64,000 nucleotides of DNA. Source: Octopus sinensis (Eukaryota). Positions 48,199 through 63,050 of the stretch are shown piece by piece; positions within the stretch are counted from its first letter, which is position 1, and each line of letters begins with the position of its first letter. A program made the translations under genes and the position numbers. The stretch covers positions 35,414,464-35,478,463 of the forward strand of contig NC_043011.1 in NCBI RefSeq assembly GCF_006345805.1. Direction: 5' to 3'. The notes beneath the pieces were generated by a model, which was not told where the DNA came from, made no database searches, and saw nothing but the letters and a program-made list of their open reading frames with translations.

Positions 48199-48702
48199 TC
48201 TATATATATAAAACTGTAGTTGTATGAGTGTCTGTCCCCTTCGATTTAGATTCCTAACTACTCCCACATTTTGCGGTGCAGTTTAACCAAATTCGGGTAT
48301 CTTATAGTCGTGATTCAAATCGAGCACGTCTGAGTATTAGCGCGCGTCTACGATGAGTCTACGATTTTAAAAATAATTTAACATAATTTTTTATTCCATT
48401 TTAATGCATAATTTTTCGTGTGTCGATGGCGGCGGAGTTGGCGTCCATGGTCACACCTGCACCTGTTTGCTTCTCCCCTCCTTCGTGAAGCTTTGGGAAA
48501 GGGAGTGTAAGGAAATCAATGTCGTAAAGCGTTGTCAAGGAGACCAGCGTTCTTTTAGAACAACGACTTCATGGCTTGAAGACACCAAAACAGAAATGGC
48601 TAAGAAAGCCCGAATTGGCATCTATAAGGGAAGTAACTCTCTAAAAACGCTTATATAGTTATTTCCCTTACAAACCCGAGCAACGCCGGGCGATACTGCT
48701 AG
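48199..48702 (+). mobile_element. Non-autonomous Helitron
   Basis: A|TCtatatatataaaa start; cccgagcaacgccggg hairpin (48675-48690); CTAG|T end. Confidence 0.92.
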
Positions 48703-48812
48703 TATATATATATATACATATACATATATCTATCTATCTATCTATATATAGATATGTACATATATTTATATATGCATATATAGATATATATGTATATATA
48801 ATAATAAATAAT

Positions 48813-49062
48813 AAATGCGCCCTTTTAAAGCCTAGCCAGGCTCAACGGCCTGGTTTCCCGGTTTCTATAGCGTATGTGTTCCCCAGCTAGATGGGACGCC
48901 AGTCCATCGCAGTGTTACTCCGCTTTGCCAGCTGAGTAGACTGGAGCAACATGAAATGAAGTGTTTTGCTCAAGAACACAACTCGTCGCCTGGTCTAGGA
49001 ATCGAAACCACAATCTTACGATCCTGATGCTGATACCCTAACCACTAAGCCACGCACCTCCA
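48813..49062 (-). mobile_element. SINE family I (tRNA head, gttcttgagcaaaacac core)
   Basis: Minus tggaggtgcgtggcttagtggttaggg...ggtttcgattcc...gcgatggactggcgtccc...ggctttaaaagggcgcattt. Confidence 0.85.
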
Positions 49063-49807
49063 CATATGTATATATATATACACACACGAATATATATATA
49101 TATATACACTCACATATATATATGTACTGCTTTCAGTTTCTGTCTACTAAATCCATACACAAGGCTTTGATTGACCCAGGGCTATAATAGAAGACACATG
49201 CTCAAGGTATCAGACAGTGGGACTGAACTCATAGGCAATGTGGTTGAGAAGCAAACTTCTGAACTGCACAGCCGCACCTTGCTCCAGTAAGTAATGCATG
49301 TTAATTAATGCACAATCTAGGCCTCTCCATGTTTGGTTATTTTAGTTGCATCATCAAGGTGACATGTGATAGAGCCACATGACAGAGAATAATATTTTAA
49401 TATTTTCCATCTAAGACAACATAACTCAAAACCATATCAATCAATCGCACCAAATGTGTATGCATATATATATACACACACATATATACATACATATATA
49501 TATACACATATATACATACATATATATATATGTATATATATATATATGTATGTATATATATATATATATGTATGTATATATATATGTATATATATATATA
49601 TATATACATATGAATGTCTGTGTGTGTGTGTATTGTGTACACATTGAGTGTATATATTAATGGGTGTGTTCCAAAGACCTATGTAGATATAGGGGAATGT
49701 GAAAAATCCTACATATAAAAGTTAAAAGTGTAGCACAGATATATTTTTTGCAATAACGCATGCTTCAAAGAAAAGTTATTCATTCATCACACACATGTGT
49801 ATATATG

Positions 49808-49879
<72 letters not shown>

Positions 49880-50367
49880 ATATATCTATATACATACATA
49901 TATATATACATATGTATATATATACATATGTATATATATATACATACATACAGGTATGCATGTATAAATATGTATATAATCTAAAATATAGCTTATCATG
50001 CATGAGCATTATATATACTTTATTACATAATACTACTGACACACACACATACACACACACACGCATTTACTTATGAATGCACACACATATATATGCATGC
50101 AAACACATATACAATTGTGCAAATGTGCATATATATGTATGTGCACATGTGTGTGTGTGCATATATAGATGGTCGTGCAAGCAAATACATTACACACACA
50201 TACACACACATATGTATTTATGATATATACAATACATATGAATGTGTTGTGTGCATACTTTAAATGTATGAATGTGAGTGTGTGTGTACACACACACACA
50301 TATATATATATACACACACACACAACTAGATAGCAAGATAGATAGATAAATACATACAAACATACAG

Positions 50368-50398
<31 letters not shown>

Positions 50399-50443
50399 CA
50401 GTTATATAAATGCATAAATATAGATAAATAGATATATAAACAA

Positions 50444-50489
<46 letters not shown>

Positions 50490-50969
50490 TATACATACAT
50501 ATTATACACTTCTCACAAGTATGCATACCGGTAAGCTTTCATGGCATTGGCAGTAATATTGTTCCAGAAATGATGTTTTCCTTGTACACTGACTGTCGTT
50601 ATATGAGCAATATTCTGATAATTGTAAAAGATCAAAAGGATAAGCGCCAATCGAAAAGAGTCCCTGGAAAATTCTTCAGTATTTAACTTGAAAATCAGCA
50701 CGCAGCACAAAAGAGATCTGTTAGACATCAGTATATTATCTAGTGCCAATAATGGTAAGTACATAGCCTCTGTTGATACAAGGAGTATTCAAAGAAAGGT
50801 TTTCGTATTAATGGCACAATTGCAATGCTGTTGTATGGGTAGGTATGTATGAAACAAGCTGTCATTAAAACATTACTATGCTTTGGAGTGAATGGTGGTG
50901 GATGGTTGATGGTGGGTGGGTGGGGGACCTGGAATGTGGATATGTGTGTTGTGTGTGTGTGTGTGTGTG

Positions 50970-51003
<34 letters not shown>

Positions 51004-51274
51004 TTTGGTTCTATGCGGTTTGCTCGACCTGTTTGAAAGAGCAGCCAACTCTCTTTTCAAATTACACTGCGATGGCTTAAAGGCAGGTAAAAGACCTTGA
51101 ATGTGTTTCACGATACACCGCATCTGAAAGACTAAGAGAGGGAGCGAGAAAGAAAGAGAGAGAGAGAGAGTGAGAGAGACTGAGATATAATAGAAGGTGA
51201 GAAGGAAATGATGGAAACATCATGGGTAGAATATATATCAGTTGTATGATTGTACCATCAAAAAGTAACTGGGG

Positions 51275-51530
51275 TGCCAGTGTCATGTAAAAGCACCATT
51301 TAAGCATGGTCAATGCCAGTACTGCCTGACTGGCCCTCATGCCGGTGGTATGTAAAAAATACCCACTACACTCTTGAAGTGGTTGGCGTTAGGAAGGGCA
51401 TCCAGCTGTAGAAACTTTTCTATATCAGATTGGAGTCTGGTGCAGCCTTCTGACTTGCCAGTCTACAGTCAAACCGTCCAACCCATGCCAGCATGAAAAG
51501 CGGGCGTTAAACGACGACGATGATGATGAT
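51275..51530 (+). mobile_element. RTE-like LINE 3' UTR with (GAT)n tail (family D)
   Basis: ggcgttaggaagggcatccagctgtagaaac...gttaaacgacgacgatgatgat. Confidence 0.8.
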
Positions 51531-52062
51531 GTTTAACAACAACAACAGAAATACTTCGATGTGAGTTTGAATTTGGGTGACCTAAAAATAAGAACCAAAC
51601 ATAAACAACCATTATTTTGGCTTTTCTCTAGCAATTCCAAATAATATACCAAAAGATGGTTTCATAGAACCCTATTAGTTCTACCACTGACAACTCTTCT
51701 TCTCCTGGAGACATGACAAAATGCGATCAGTCTGCAGTCGATGGGTATTCAGTCACAAAAATAATGCACTGTCTATATATATAAATGGAACAAAAACGCA
51801 ATAGAGGATATTAAAACATTTGGACAGACAGATGATACAAAAGTGGACAGGAGAAACAACAATTAGAAGGACAGGCAAAAAAAGATGGGTCATTCATGGC
51901 CTTCTTTCCTCAGTCAAGTTACCATAAGTCCTTACTGTTTCATGCAGTTACATATGTATGTCTGTCGTGACAGATACTGGTGCCATGCAAATAGCACCTG
52001 TACCAGTGACATGTAAAAGTACTCATTACACTTTCGGAGTGGTTGGCATTAGGAAGGGCATG

Positions 52063-52420
52063 GAACTTGAAGACTAAAACAATACCTGTTGTCATAGGTT
52101 CCCGAGGAATGATAGCAAAAGGAGCTGATTTCTTCTAGCTCACATACCAGGAAACCCCAAAATGCCAAATTCAAAAGATAGTGCTCATGGGAACTGCCCA
52201 TATCCTATGTAAAATACTAGTAATGTAATCCCAAATTTTAAAACAAACTCATAATTTTCTTATATTTTCTTAAACATTCTCTAGAACAATACTTTGTGAA
52301 AAACCAAATATATGACACCCTAGGCATTACACCAACATGAATTCTAAGTTGTTGTCTCTTGAGGTCTCTGGGTGAGACTTGGAGTCAACTTATACAAATA
52401 TAAAGCAAAAGTCAAACATT
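52063..52420 (+). mobile_element. R4/Dong lineage B 3' end
   Basis: NLKTKTIPVVIGSRGMIAKGA; 3' UTR as in 13624-13850. Confidence 0.88.
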
Positions 52421-52471
52421 AAATAAAAATAATAATGATGATGATGATAATAAAAATAATAATAATAATAA

Positions 52472-52502
<31 letters not shown>

Positions 52503-52543
52503 TATTATTATTATTACTATTATTATTATTATTATTATTATCA

Positions 52544-52589
<46 letters not shown>

Positions 52590-52689
52590 GGTGGCAAGCT
52601 GGCAGAATCGTTAGCCTGCTGGGCAAAATGCTAAGTGATATTTCATCTGTCTTAATGTTCTGAGCATTATTATTATTATTATTGTTGTT

Positions 52690-52757
<68 letters not shown>

Positions 52758-52766
52758 TTCATTATT

Positions 52767-53292
52767 GAATGAAAGAGCAGCACATGCCATCAAAGTGACA
52801 CTGAGGTACAATTAAATGAAGCGCAATATATCCTAACCGTCTGATAAGGGTACACTAGGTACATGCATCACAACCACATGTGCATGACATGGTAGCCTCA
52901 TATCAAGATGAACAACACATGACCTTGCAGGTGGAGCCAAGTTGGAATTTTCTTCAGGTTGTGTAGCCAATCCCATTCAAAATGTCTCTGAATAAATGTT
53001 GTTTAATGATGATGAAAGCAACAACTGTGTTTCGAAAGGTGTATTATTCAAATGCCAAAGAATTCCACTCAACACATGGCTACCATGCTCCCCAACTACT
53101 ACTCGTAATCAGAGATGCACATATTGTTAGCCATTAGAGGACATACTCAACTGGTTAAGGTCAAACAACTGAAAAGCAAATCTGTGGTATTGAGCAGGGT
53201 ATTTGCTGAAGCCTGTCTTTTTACACCAAGACAAAACATGAACTTAATAACATTCCAATTAGTTAAAATTAGAAGCCATGAGAACTGCTGCC
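52767..53292 (-). mobile_element. Family E, near full length, diverged
   Basis: Colinear with 14224-14779. Confidence 0.85.
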
Positions 53293-53359
53293 ATTACTAT
53301 TATTTTTGATTGGCTCAGATTTGGTCTAATTCCTATCATCATCATCATCATCATCATCA

Positions 53360-53432
<73 letters not shown>

Positions 53433-53456
53433 GTTATTATTATTATTATTATTATT

Positions 53457-53815
53457 CTATGTTTGACTTTTGCTTTACATTTGCACAAGCTGGCTCCAAG
53501 TCTCACCCAGAGACCTCAAGAGACAACAAGTTGGAAGTTCATGTTGGTGTTATGCCTAGGGTGCCATATATTTGGTTTTGTACTAGTGAATGCCTAAAAA
53601 AAACATACGAAAATTGTTTGTTTTAAAACTTGAGATTACATCGAAAATTATTATTATTATTATTATTCTATGTTTGACTTTTGCTTTATGTCTGTACAAG
53701 TTGGCTCCAAGTTTCATCCAGAGACCTCAAGAGACAACAGGTTGGAAGTTCACGTTGTTGTTATGCTTAGTGTGCCATATATATATATTTTTTTTTTGCT
53801 GTTGTACTTGTGAAT
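53457..53815 (-). mobile_element. Two tandem R4/Dong lineage B 3' UTR fragments
   Basis: ttctatgtttgacttttgcttta...gagacctcaagagacaac at 53457 and 53667, separated by (ATT)n. Confidence 0.85.
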
Positions 53816-53872
53816 GTCTAATACATAAATTTAAAAAAAAAAAAAATATTATTATTATTATTATTATTATTA

Positions 53873-54265
53873 TAAACATCACACAGTATACAATATTGTG
53901 AGATTGATGATTGAAGATATTATGTCTACTGGGGGGTTTGTGCTGTTTGTCAAACCACAACATGGGTCTCAGACAGACAGTACATTACGGAATATGCGTG
54001 CAGTTCCAAGTAATGCTGAATTTTGCAATACATCTAGATTGTAGGGTTTTTCTAAGGTTTTCAATTGTTTTTTTTTCAGATTGGGTGGTATTGAACCCAT
54101 TGCTCTGATGACAGTAGGGATAACCTTTATGTTTGCCTCTCGTAGTTGCCACATCTTAGCGATCTCAATTCTCAGGTCTCCATATTTATCAACCTTTTCT
54201 TTTTCTTTCTTTCATGATGATATGTTGATCTCCTGGCACTACCATGTCAATTATTAGTCACTCTT
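53873..54265 (-). mobile_element. R4/Dong lineage C REL-domain 3' end
   Basis: LIIDMVVPGD; KVDKYGDLRIEIAKMWQLREANIKVIPTVIRAMGSIP; LQNSALLGTARIFRNVLSV. Confidence 0.87.
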
Positions 54266-55373
54266 TATTATTATTATTATTATTATTTTTATATTATTAT
54301 TGTTATGCTTAACATATCTTTTGTGTTTCTTGACTCGGCTAAAAATATTGATTTTAGTGAATGAAGGTAATAAAAAAAAATCATGAAAAAGAAAAGAAAT
54401 ACACCAAAGACAACAGAATCAAATTTATTGAAATATAATAATTTGTAATTGATTCAACAAAATGGCAAATTTACTGAAGCAGAAATCTTCATAAAATTTT
54501 TGAAAAATTCATTTTTTTTTTGCACATGTTTGTTATATTTTCTTGTCTGCACATTTCCTCTTTTATTTCAGTTTATCAATTTTTTAATTAAATTTTTATT
54601 TTTGCACTCTTTACCTAAATTTTCTGATAATCATCATAGAATCTATCTCTGGAAGAATAAAAAAAACATTGTGAAGCAAAAAGAAGAAAAACACCCAAAA
54701 AAAACACAAAATAAAAATGAATCCAATATACATTATGACAAATACATGCATATTCTTTAGTTTGGTTTAGGCAATGTAATCTAAACTGTGGCGAACATTA
54801 AGAGAAATCTTTTTCAGTAGACAACAAATGCTAAAAATCTGTGCTTTTATCTGTCTACCTGAGATAATCTCTTGGCACATTCACTGTGGTCTAAGGCATT
54901 CTGGATAACACAGCCAATTTAAATTGGATGAGCTAATTAATGAATATTTATATATATTTATGTAATATAATATTATGTTATGTTATATATTCATAATTTT
55001 TAATGTAATATTGTAATACAAATAAATTATTGGATTTCTAATAGAATATATTTATATTTATTTTATCTTTACTATTAATTAAATTTTACCAATATTTATA
55101 TGGTATCCAACTGAAGTACCAGTGAAATGAATGTTTAACACACCCCTTTGTAGGATTTCTTTTCCTCAATTTGTTATAGAGCAATGTAGCTACACACGTG
55201 TTGTTTGTGGTTTGTTTTCCTTCTTTGGACTTTTCCCTTTCTCCATCCGACAAAGAGCTATGCTCAAAATGTCAAAAATTCTCTCTCTTTATTGAGTGTC
55301 AAACTAATACATTCTATGTGCATGTCCTCTTGTTGTTATTGCTAATTTTATTGTTTGTATATTTGAATTAACT

Positions 55374-55404
<31 letters not shown>

Positions 55405-55477
55405 CACACACACATATATATACACATATATATATAACACACACACATATATATATACACACACACACATATATATG

Positions 55478-55534
<57 letters not shown>

Positions 55535-55879
55535 ATATATATATATATACACACACATATATACATATATATATATACATCTATATATATACATACATAC
55601 ACACACGTACATACACATACACATATATAATATAAGAAAAGTAGGGTATAAAGGCGGTGCTCCAGTATGGCCGCAGTCAAATGACTGAAACAAGTAAAAG
55701 ATAAAAGATATAACAGAAATAATACGACTTTATTTATATATATAATATATGTATGTAAAATATATATACTGACACACACACACACACACACACACACGCA
55801 TATATACATACGTGCATGCATGCATACACACACATGCATACATGTTTAAGTCCTGATTGGTTGTCAACTTGAGGATGTC

Positions 55880-56100
55880 ACCTGTTTTTGTCCTCCTGCG
55901 TCCTAGTGTTTTGGTTAATAAACTACCTGCTGATGTCATCTGTTTATCAGCTGTTCTGCTCACTTACTTTTATCCAATATAAAATCCACCACACTCATTG
56001 GCTGATTATTTTGCATAAAATTTTTCGTTGTCAAATATCTTGGTCATCAGTTTCCGCTGGCAGTTGTCCAATATTCCATATGGTTCAGTCCTTTAGGACT
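55880..56100 (-). pseudogene. Possible third GIY-YIG remnant
   Basis: Short CGGFYIG motif in a stop-rich frame; weak. Confidence 0.35.
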
Positions 56101-56244
56101 TCACGTGTCTTTTCCTGATATCTCGGTCACTGACTGTTTTAAAGCATCATTTGTTTGGAAGTTTTTCTTTCATGATTCTGATTTTGAGCAGATATCAAAA
56201 CAAATCAAAATAGATGAACATCAATGGAATTTGTATCTTTGTGG

Positions 56245-56690
56245 TACCAGTGCCGGTGGCACACCAGAAAACCATCCGAACGTGGCCGTAGCCAGTACCG
56301 CATCGACTGGCCTCCGTGCTGTGGGCACGTAACAAACACCATCCGATCGTGGCCGTTCGCCAGCCTCATCTGGCACCTGTGTCGGTGGCACATAAAAACA
56401 CCATCCAAGCGTGGCCGTCTGCCAGCCTCGTCTGGCACCTGTGTCGGTGGCACATAAAAAACACCATCCGAGCGTGGCCGTTCGCCAGCCTCGTCTGGCA
56501 CCTGTGTCGCACCCTCGGTGGCACATAAAATCACCCACTACACTCTCGGAGTGGTTGGCGTTAGGAAGGGCATCCAGCTGTAGAAACACTGCCAGATCTG
56601 ACTGGCCTGGTGTAGCCTTCGGGCTCCCCAGACCCCAGTTGAACCGTCCAACCCATGCTAGCATGGAAAGCGGACGTTAAATGATGATGA
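56245..56690 (+). mobile_element. RTE-like 3' UTR (family D) with four ~62-67-bp tandem units
   Basis: accatcc anchors at 56271, 56338, 56400, 56463; tail gttaaatgatgatgat. Confidence 0.85.
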
Positions 56691-57079
56691 TAAGAACTCA
56701 GTTTGTCAATCCCAAGATGATGCCAGCAAATAGTGTTTAAAAAGTGTAGAGTGTAATTACACTTATTATTTGAAGTTAGGATTTCAAATGCTGGAGGAAG
56801 TTAATTACCTCAACTTTTGATTTGGTTTTATTCTTTTATTTGTTTCAGTCATTTCACTGCGGCCATGCTGGAGCACCGCCTTTGGTCGAGTAAATCAACC
56901 CCAGGACTTATTCTTTGTAAGCCTAGTACTTATTCTATCAGTCTCTCTTGCTGAACTGCTAAGTGACGGGGATCTAAACACACCAACATCAGTTGTCAAG
57001 CGGTGTTGGGGGAGGACAAACACAGACACACAAACATATACATACATAGATACATACATACATATATATATATGTATGT

Positions 57080-57290
57080 ATGGCAGTCGCCATGATAGAT
57101 CGTTAGCCATTACACATATTTTTTTCTCTCCTTGTTTCTCTCCTTGTTTTTTTCTGTGTCTCTTTCTGTAGAAGAGCATAGGCTCGAAACGTAAAAGACT
57201 TTTTCTATTCCTGATCGTTAAACTAATACATCTGTTTGTTTTGTACACCACCTGTCTTCATCTTTTGTTTTTTTCGTAAACTCTCCCTAT
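57080..57290 (+). mobile_element. Family H element with hammerhead motif at 57161-57198
   Basis: UCUUU-CUGUAGA-a-GAGC(auag)GCUC-GAAA-CGU-A-AAAGA. Confidence 0.75.
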
Positions 57291-57291
57291 A

Positions 57292-57674
57292 TCTCTCTCT
57301 ATATAAACGGCAGTTTGTCTGTGCGTGTTTCTGTTTGTCTAGTTTCTCGTACCCTCACCCTGACCACGGCTTTCAAACGATTCTGATGAAACTTGACACA
57401 CACACATAGCCCAATGTCATAATCAAAACTAACGCAGCGAAAATTTTGAAAAGTTCCCCCAGTTCTGAAAAAAATCGATAAATCGAATGGGGTCGAGAAT
57501 AAAAAAAAACAAACCACAGACTGTCTAGGGGACGCACCTCAACCTTTTATTACTCTCAAAAAAAAATTTACCATCATTTTTTTCCATTTTTTGGCTATTT
57601 TTTGGCTATAACTCTCTAAAAATGCTTTATAGTTATTTCCTTACAAACCTGAGCAACGCCGGCGATACTGCTAG
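57292..57674 (+). mobile_element. Non-autonomous Helitron sharing its 3' end with 48199-48702
   Basis: A|TC start; taactctctaaaaa...cctgagcaacgccggcgatactgCTAG|T. Confidence 0.9.
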
Positions 57675-57680
57675 TATGTT

Positions 57681-57713
<33 letters not shown>

Positions 57714-58874
57714 ATGTATTATGTATGTATGTATAATATATAGATATATATATATATATAATATAATGTAATATACACACACCACACGATGGGCTTCTTT
57801 CAGTTTCTGTCTACCAAATCCACTCACAAGGCTTTGGTCAATCTGACGCTATAGTAGAAGACACTTACCCAAGGTGCCACGCAGTGGGACTGAACCTGGA
57901 ACCGTGTGGTTGGTAAGCAAGCTACTTACCACACAGCCACTCCTGCACCTATGTTGTTTTTAATTGCTTTCCATTGTGTTTTCTCATTCTGTTGTGTTGT
58001 TCAAGGGTATAGTCTTGGCTTATATTTCTTAGTAAATATATTTTCCATACCTAATTGAAATTGGGCTGAAGTGTTCCCATGGCACTGCCAGCAGTGACAG
58101 TAGTAGCAGCAGCACCACCACCACCACCACCACCACCACCACCACCACCACCACCACCACCATCTTTATTATCATCATTATTACTTTCACCACCATCACC
58201 ACCACATCACCATCTTTAACATCATCATTATCGCTTTCACCACCACTACCACCACGACCACCATCACCACCACCACCATCATCATCATCATCACTACGAC
58301 AACCACAGGCACAAACCTTGTCATCATCGTCGTCATTGTCATTGCTATCACAACTGCCACTACATCACCATCGATCTCATTGTCATCGTCATCAGTATCT
58401 TTAACGAAGTCATGATGTTTGTATATATATATATATATATATATATACCTCTCCATGCCCCCCCCCCCTCTTACTCCCATCATGTTGTCTTGTGTTAGAA
58501 GTGTCTTTGAAACTGTATGTGTTTCCAAGGTGTTACTTGATCTGAAATAAAGATTTCTTATGTAAGCTTCTTACATGAAAATTCTGGCAGTCTCTTTAGA
58601 AACGTTTAAACCAAGACATTTGTGATAGTTGCAATTCCCCAAGGGCATCAGAAACAAAAAGTGAAATCATTCCAAATGTGAAGTTTAATATCATAATATG
58701 ACAGCTTCTTCACCTGCTAGATGTAGCTGCCAAATCTCCTTCAAATTATACACTAACGTCTCTGAATATGAATGATGCATTGAAGAATGTAGTGAAGGCT
58801 ATTTGGGGAAAAAAATGGTCAAGGGTGGAATATGTTTGATCATAGGTATCAATGGAAATTGTAGCTGTGATCCC

Positions 58875-59195
58875 TGTGCCGGTGGCACATAAAAAGCACC
58901 ATCCAAACGTGGCTGATGCTAGTGCCGCCTCGACTGGCTTCCGTGCCGGTGGCACATAAAAAGCACCAATCCGATCGTGACCTTTACCAGCCTCGCCTGG
59001 CACCTGTGCTGGTGACACGTAAAAAGCACCCACTACACTCATGGAGTGGTTGGTGTTAGGAAGGGCATCTTGCTGTAGAAACACTGCCAGATCAGACTGG
59101 AGCCTGGTGCAGCCTTCTGGCTTCCCAGATCCCGGTCGAACCGTCCAACCCGTGCTAGCATGGAGAACGGATGTTAAACGATGATGATGATGATG
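58875..59195 (+). mobile_element. RTE-like 3' UTR (family D)
   Basis: ggaagggcatcttgctgtagaaac...gttaaacgatgatgat. Confidence 0.85.
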
Positions 59196-59712
59196 ACAGG
59201 TAAGTGCAGATGTGGCTGCATAGTTAAGAAGCTTGCTTTGCAAACACATGTTTTTGGGTTCAGTTCCTCTAGGTGGCACCTTGGTCAACTGTCTTTTACA
59301 GTAGCTTTGAGCTACTGTGAATATATTGCCTTGTGAATATATTTAGCAAAGAAAATCTTTGTGGAAACCCATACATGATGGACTCTCCAGTCAAAAACAA
59401 CGTATAAGTGTTCAGCTTTTTGCCAAATGACCTGCACAAATGATTTGTTTATAGAGATCAAATGTTTGTGTCACACATTAGCTTGCTCCATTCATCAAAT
59501 CGACATTTTCTGAAGATGTACTGCATACTAAGTGCCAGGTGTGTCAAAGTGACTGTAGACAAATGTGAGGTGAAGTGTTTTGCTCAAGAACACAATGCAC
59601 CAGCCAGTCTAGGAACTGAAACCACGATTTAGGAATATTGAGCTCAACACTCTAATCACTAAGCCATGTGTTTTCATTATATATATCTATACCTATATAT
59701 ATGTATATGTAA

Positions 59713-59744
<32 letters not shown>

Positions 59745-59761
59745 CTCTCTATATATATATA

Positions 59762-59806
<45 letters not shown>

Positions 59807-59894
59807 TGTATATATATATATATATACATCTACAATATATATATATATATAATACCTATATATATGATATATATATATATATATATATATTTCT

Positions 59895-60150
59895 GGCCTC
59901 CGTGCCGGTGGCACGTAAAAAGCACCATCCGAGTGTGGCCGTTTGCCAGCCTTGTCTGGCACCTGTCGTTGGCACAAAAAACCACCCACTACACTCACGG
60001 CGTGGTTGGCGTTAGGAGGGCATCCAGCTGTAGAAACACCAGCCAGATATGACTGGCCTGGTGCAGCCTTGGGCTTCCCAGACCCCAGTTGAACTGTCCA
60101 ACCCATATGCTAGCATGGAAAGCGTACGTTAAACGATGATATGATGATGA
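59895..60150 (+). mobile_element. RTE-like 3' UTR (family D)
   Basis: ggagggcatccagctgtagaaac...gttaaacgatgat. Confidence 0.85.
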
Positions 60151-60357
60151 TGATAATATGGATAGATAGATAGTTAGATAGATAAATAGATAGAAGAAAG
60201 ATATTCTCCCTATATATATATAATATTATATATATATATATATATATATGTATATACATATGTACAGTGATCAAAAATGGAGAAAACCTCAGATTAACAA
60301 ACACATCGATTAGACACATTATAGCTTATCTTTTATAGCACACCAATGCCGGTGTGA

Positions 60358-60457
60358 NNNNNNNNNNNNNNNNNNNNNNNNNNNNNNNNNNNNNNNNNNN
60401 NNNNNNNNNNNNNNNNNNNNNNNNNNNNNNNNNNNNNNNNNNNNNNNNNNNNNNNNN
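60358..60457. other. Assembly gap (100 N)
   Basis: Run of N. Confidence 1.
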
Positions 60458-61015
60458 ACACAGTGAAATGCAGACATACACACACTGACACAACTCGCAT
60501 ATACAACACAAAAAACACACACTCACACACATATACACAAATGAATACACGAACACACACTTAGGAATTACAACTCCTAATGATAAAAGTCAAATATTTT
60601 CTTTTATATACGCCAAGTTCAAACGCGGATATCATTGCATTAACTTGCACAGCTGCAAGTTGGATGTATTTTGCCTCATTCCTACTTTTCTTTTTTGCTG
60701 TGTGTGTGTGTATGTGTGTGTGTGTGTCTGTGTGTGTGTGTGTGTGTGTGATTACACTTCAAACTGTTTTTAAAGAAAAATTATATTTCATTTTCTTTCT
60801 TTTATCGTACTTTTTTCTCCATCGCCCTTGCTCCACATTAATACCCCTTCACACAGAGAAACAAACACCAAAAGAAAAATATATTCCCTCTCCTTATATT
60901 GATCTTCTATATTCCTTGGAAACCAGTGACAACAGCAGCAGTGGTAGTAGCAGCAGCTACCTTAAAATAATGACCACTGCATTAGCTATATAGGCACAGG
61001 TAAGGCTATGTGATT

Positions 61016-61446
61016 CTTTTCTACTCTAGGCACAAGGCCTGAAATTTTTGGGAAGGGGGCCAGTCAATTGCATCGACTCCAGTACACAACTGATACTTAA
61101 TTTATCGACTCCGAAAGGATGAAAGGCAATGTTGACCTTGGCAGAATTTGAACTCAGAACGTAAAGATAGACGAAATACCACTAAGCATTTCACCTGGCA
61201 TGCCAACATTTCTGCCAGTTCACTGCCTTTTTCTTTTCTACTCTAGGCACAAGGGCTGAAATTTTGGGGAAAGGGGCCAGTCAATTACATCCACCCCAGT
61301 ACACAACTGGTACTTAATTTACTGACCCCGAAAGGATGAAAGGCAAAGTTGACCTCGGCGGAATTTGAACTCGGAATGTAAAGACAGACGAAATACCGCT
61401 TAGCATTTTGCCCGGCATGCTAACGTTTCTGCCAGCTCATTGCCTT
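61016..61446 (-). mobile_element. Tandem dimer of SINE family A with diverged 16-bp TSD
   Basis: gtaaggctatgtgatt (61000) versus gtaaggttgtgtaatt (61447), 13/16 identical. Confidence 0.85.
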
Positions 61447-61554
61447 GTAAGGTTGTGTAATTAAAAGCTTGCTTGAAACTAAATGGGGTTTGAAAATGCC
61501 CCTAAATTCAAAAGAATTGTAGTTGTTTTTAAATAGATTTACTCACATACATAC

Positions 61555-61775
61555 TCTTAGTCATTAGTCTTTTACTCTTTTATTTGTTTCAGTCATCTGA
61601 CTGATGCCATGCTGGAGCACTGCCTTTTAGTCGAACAAATCAACCCTAGTGCTTATTCTATCGGTCTCATTTTTGCTACAATTTTCTTGTTAGATTCAAC
61701 GAAATAAAAATTACAGCGATGTAAACACCCAGCTTTGGCTGTCAAGCGAGGGGGGGGGGACAAACAACACACACA

Positions 61776-61826
<51 letters not shown>

Positions 61827-61988
61827 TTCGAGACAAACCCACTATTTTGCAAAACAAAACAGGAAAGACTTAATCAATACATAAAAATTTTAATATAAAA
61901 TAAATAAATAAATTACTATAAAATTGGATTTAATCCTAAATCTGATTTTTTCCCTGTAAATTTGGATTTATTCCCTAATATTTATTAT

Positions 61989-62019
<31 letters not shown>

Positions 62020-62065
62020 GCATATATGATGGACTTCTTTCAGTTTCCGTCTACCAAATCTATAT
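61555..62065 (-). mobile_element. SINE family B split by the 61820-61990 insertion in its TA tract
   Basis: 3' half 61555-61790; gatggacttctttcagtttccgtctaccaaatc resumes at ~62027. Confidence 0.75.
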
Positions 62066-62489
62066 GTACCAAACTAGTTTTGACAATTTAGTTTCTGATT
62101 CATTTCACATTGCACAACACCTTAGGCCAGCCCCTGGATGACCAATGAGGCTGTATATAATGATACCTATCCAAGATGCCGCCTGGTGGAATTGAACCCA
62201 AAAAGCAGATGGTTGCAAAGCAAAATTCTTAACTACTTAGCCATACTTGTAAGTACATATACATATATATAATTACACAGATATAAACACATATATTTAA
62301 AATCCTTGCTGTCATTGGCTTAATAAGGTTCTTTTAAAGACATGTATATATAAGTTTACATTAAAAAAAAACTTGTTTGTCAAAGACTTAATAAGATATT
62401 TTTTAAGGTGTATATATAAATATATATGTATATCTTATAAGAAAACCTTGCTTGTCAATGTGTTAATAAGGTTTTCTTAAGATATCTGT

Positions 62490-63050
<561 letters not shown>

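Larger units (their letters stand above)
56826..57950 (-). mobile_element. SINE family B split at its internal microsatellite by two insertions
   Basis: 3' half 56826-57065; 5' half 57785-57950. Confidence 0.88.

Noticed and set aside
54864-54905. 42-nt minus-strand exon (NALDHSECAKRLSQ)
   Set aside because: Weak donor, no recognisable protein, no supporting neighbours
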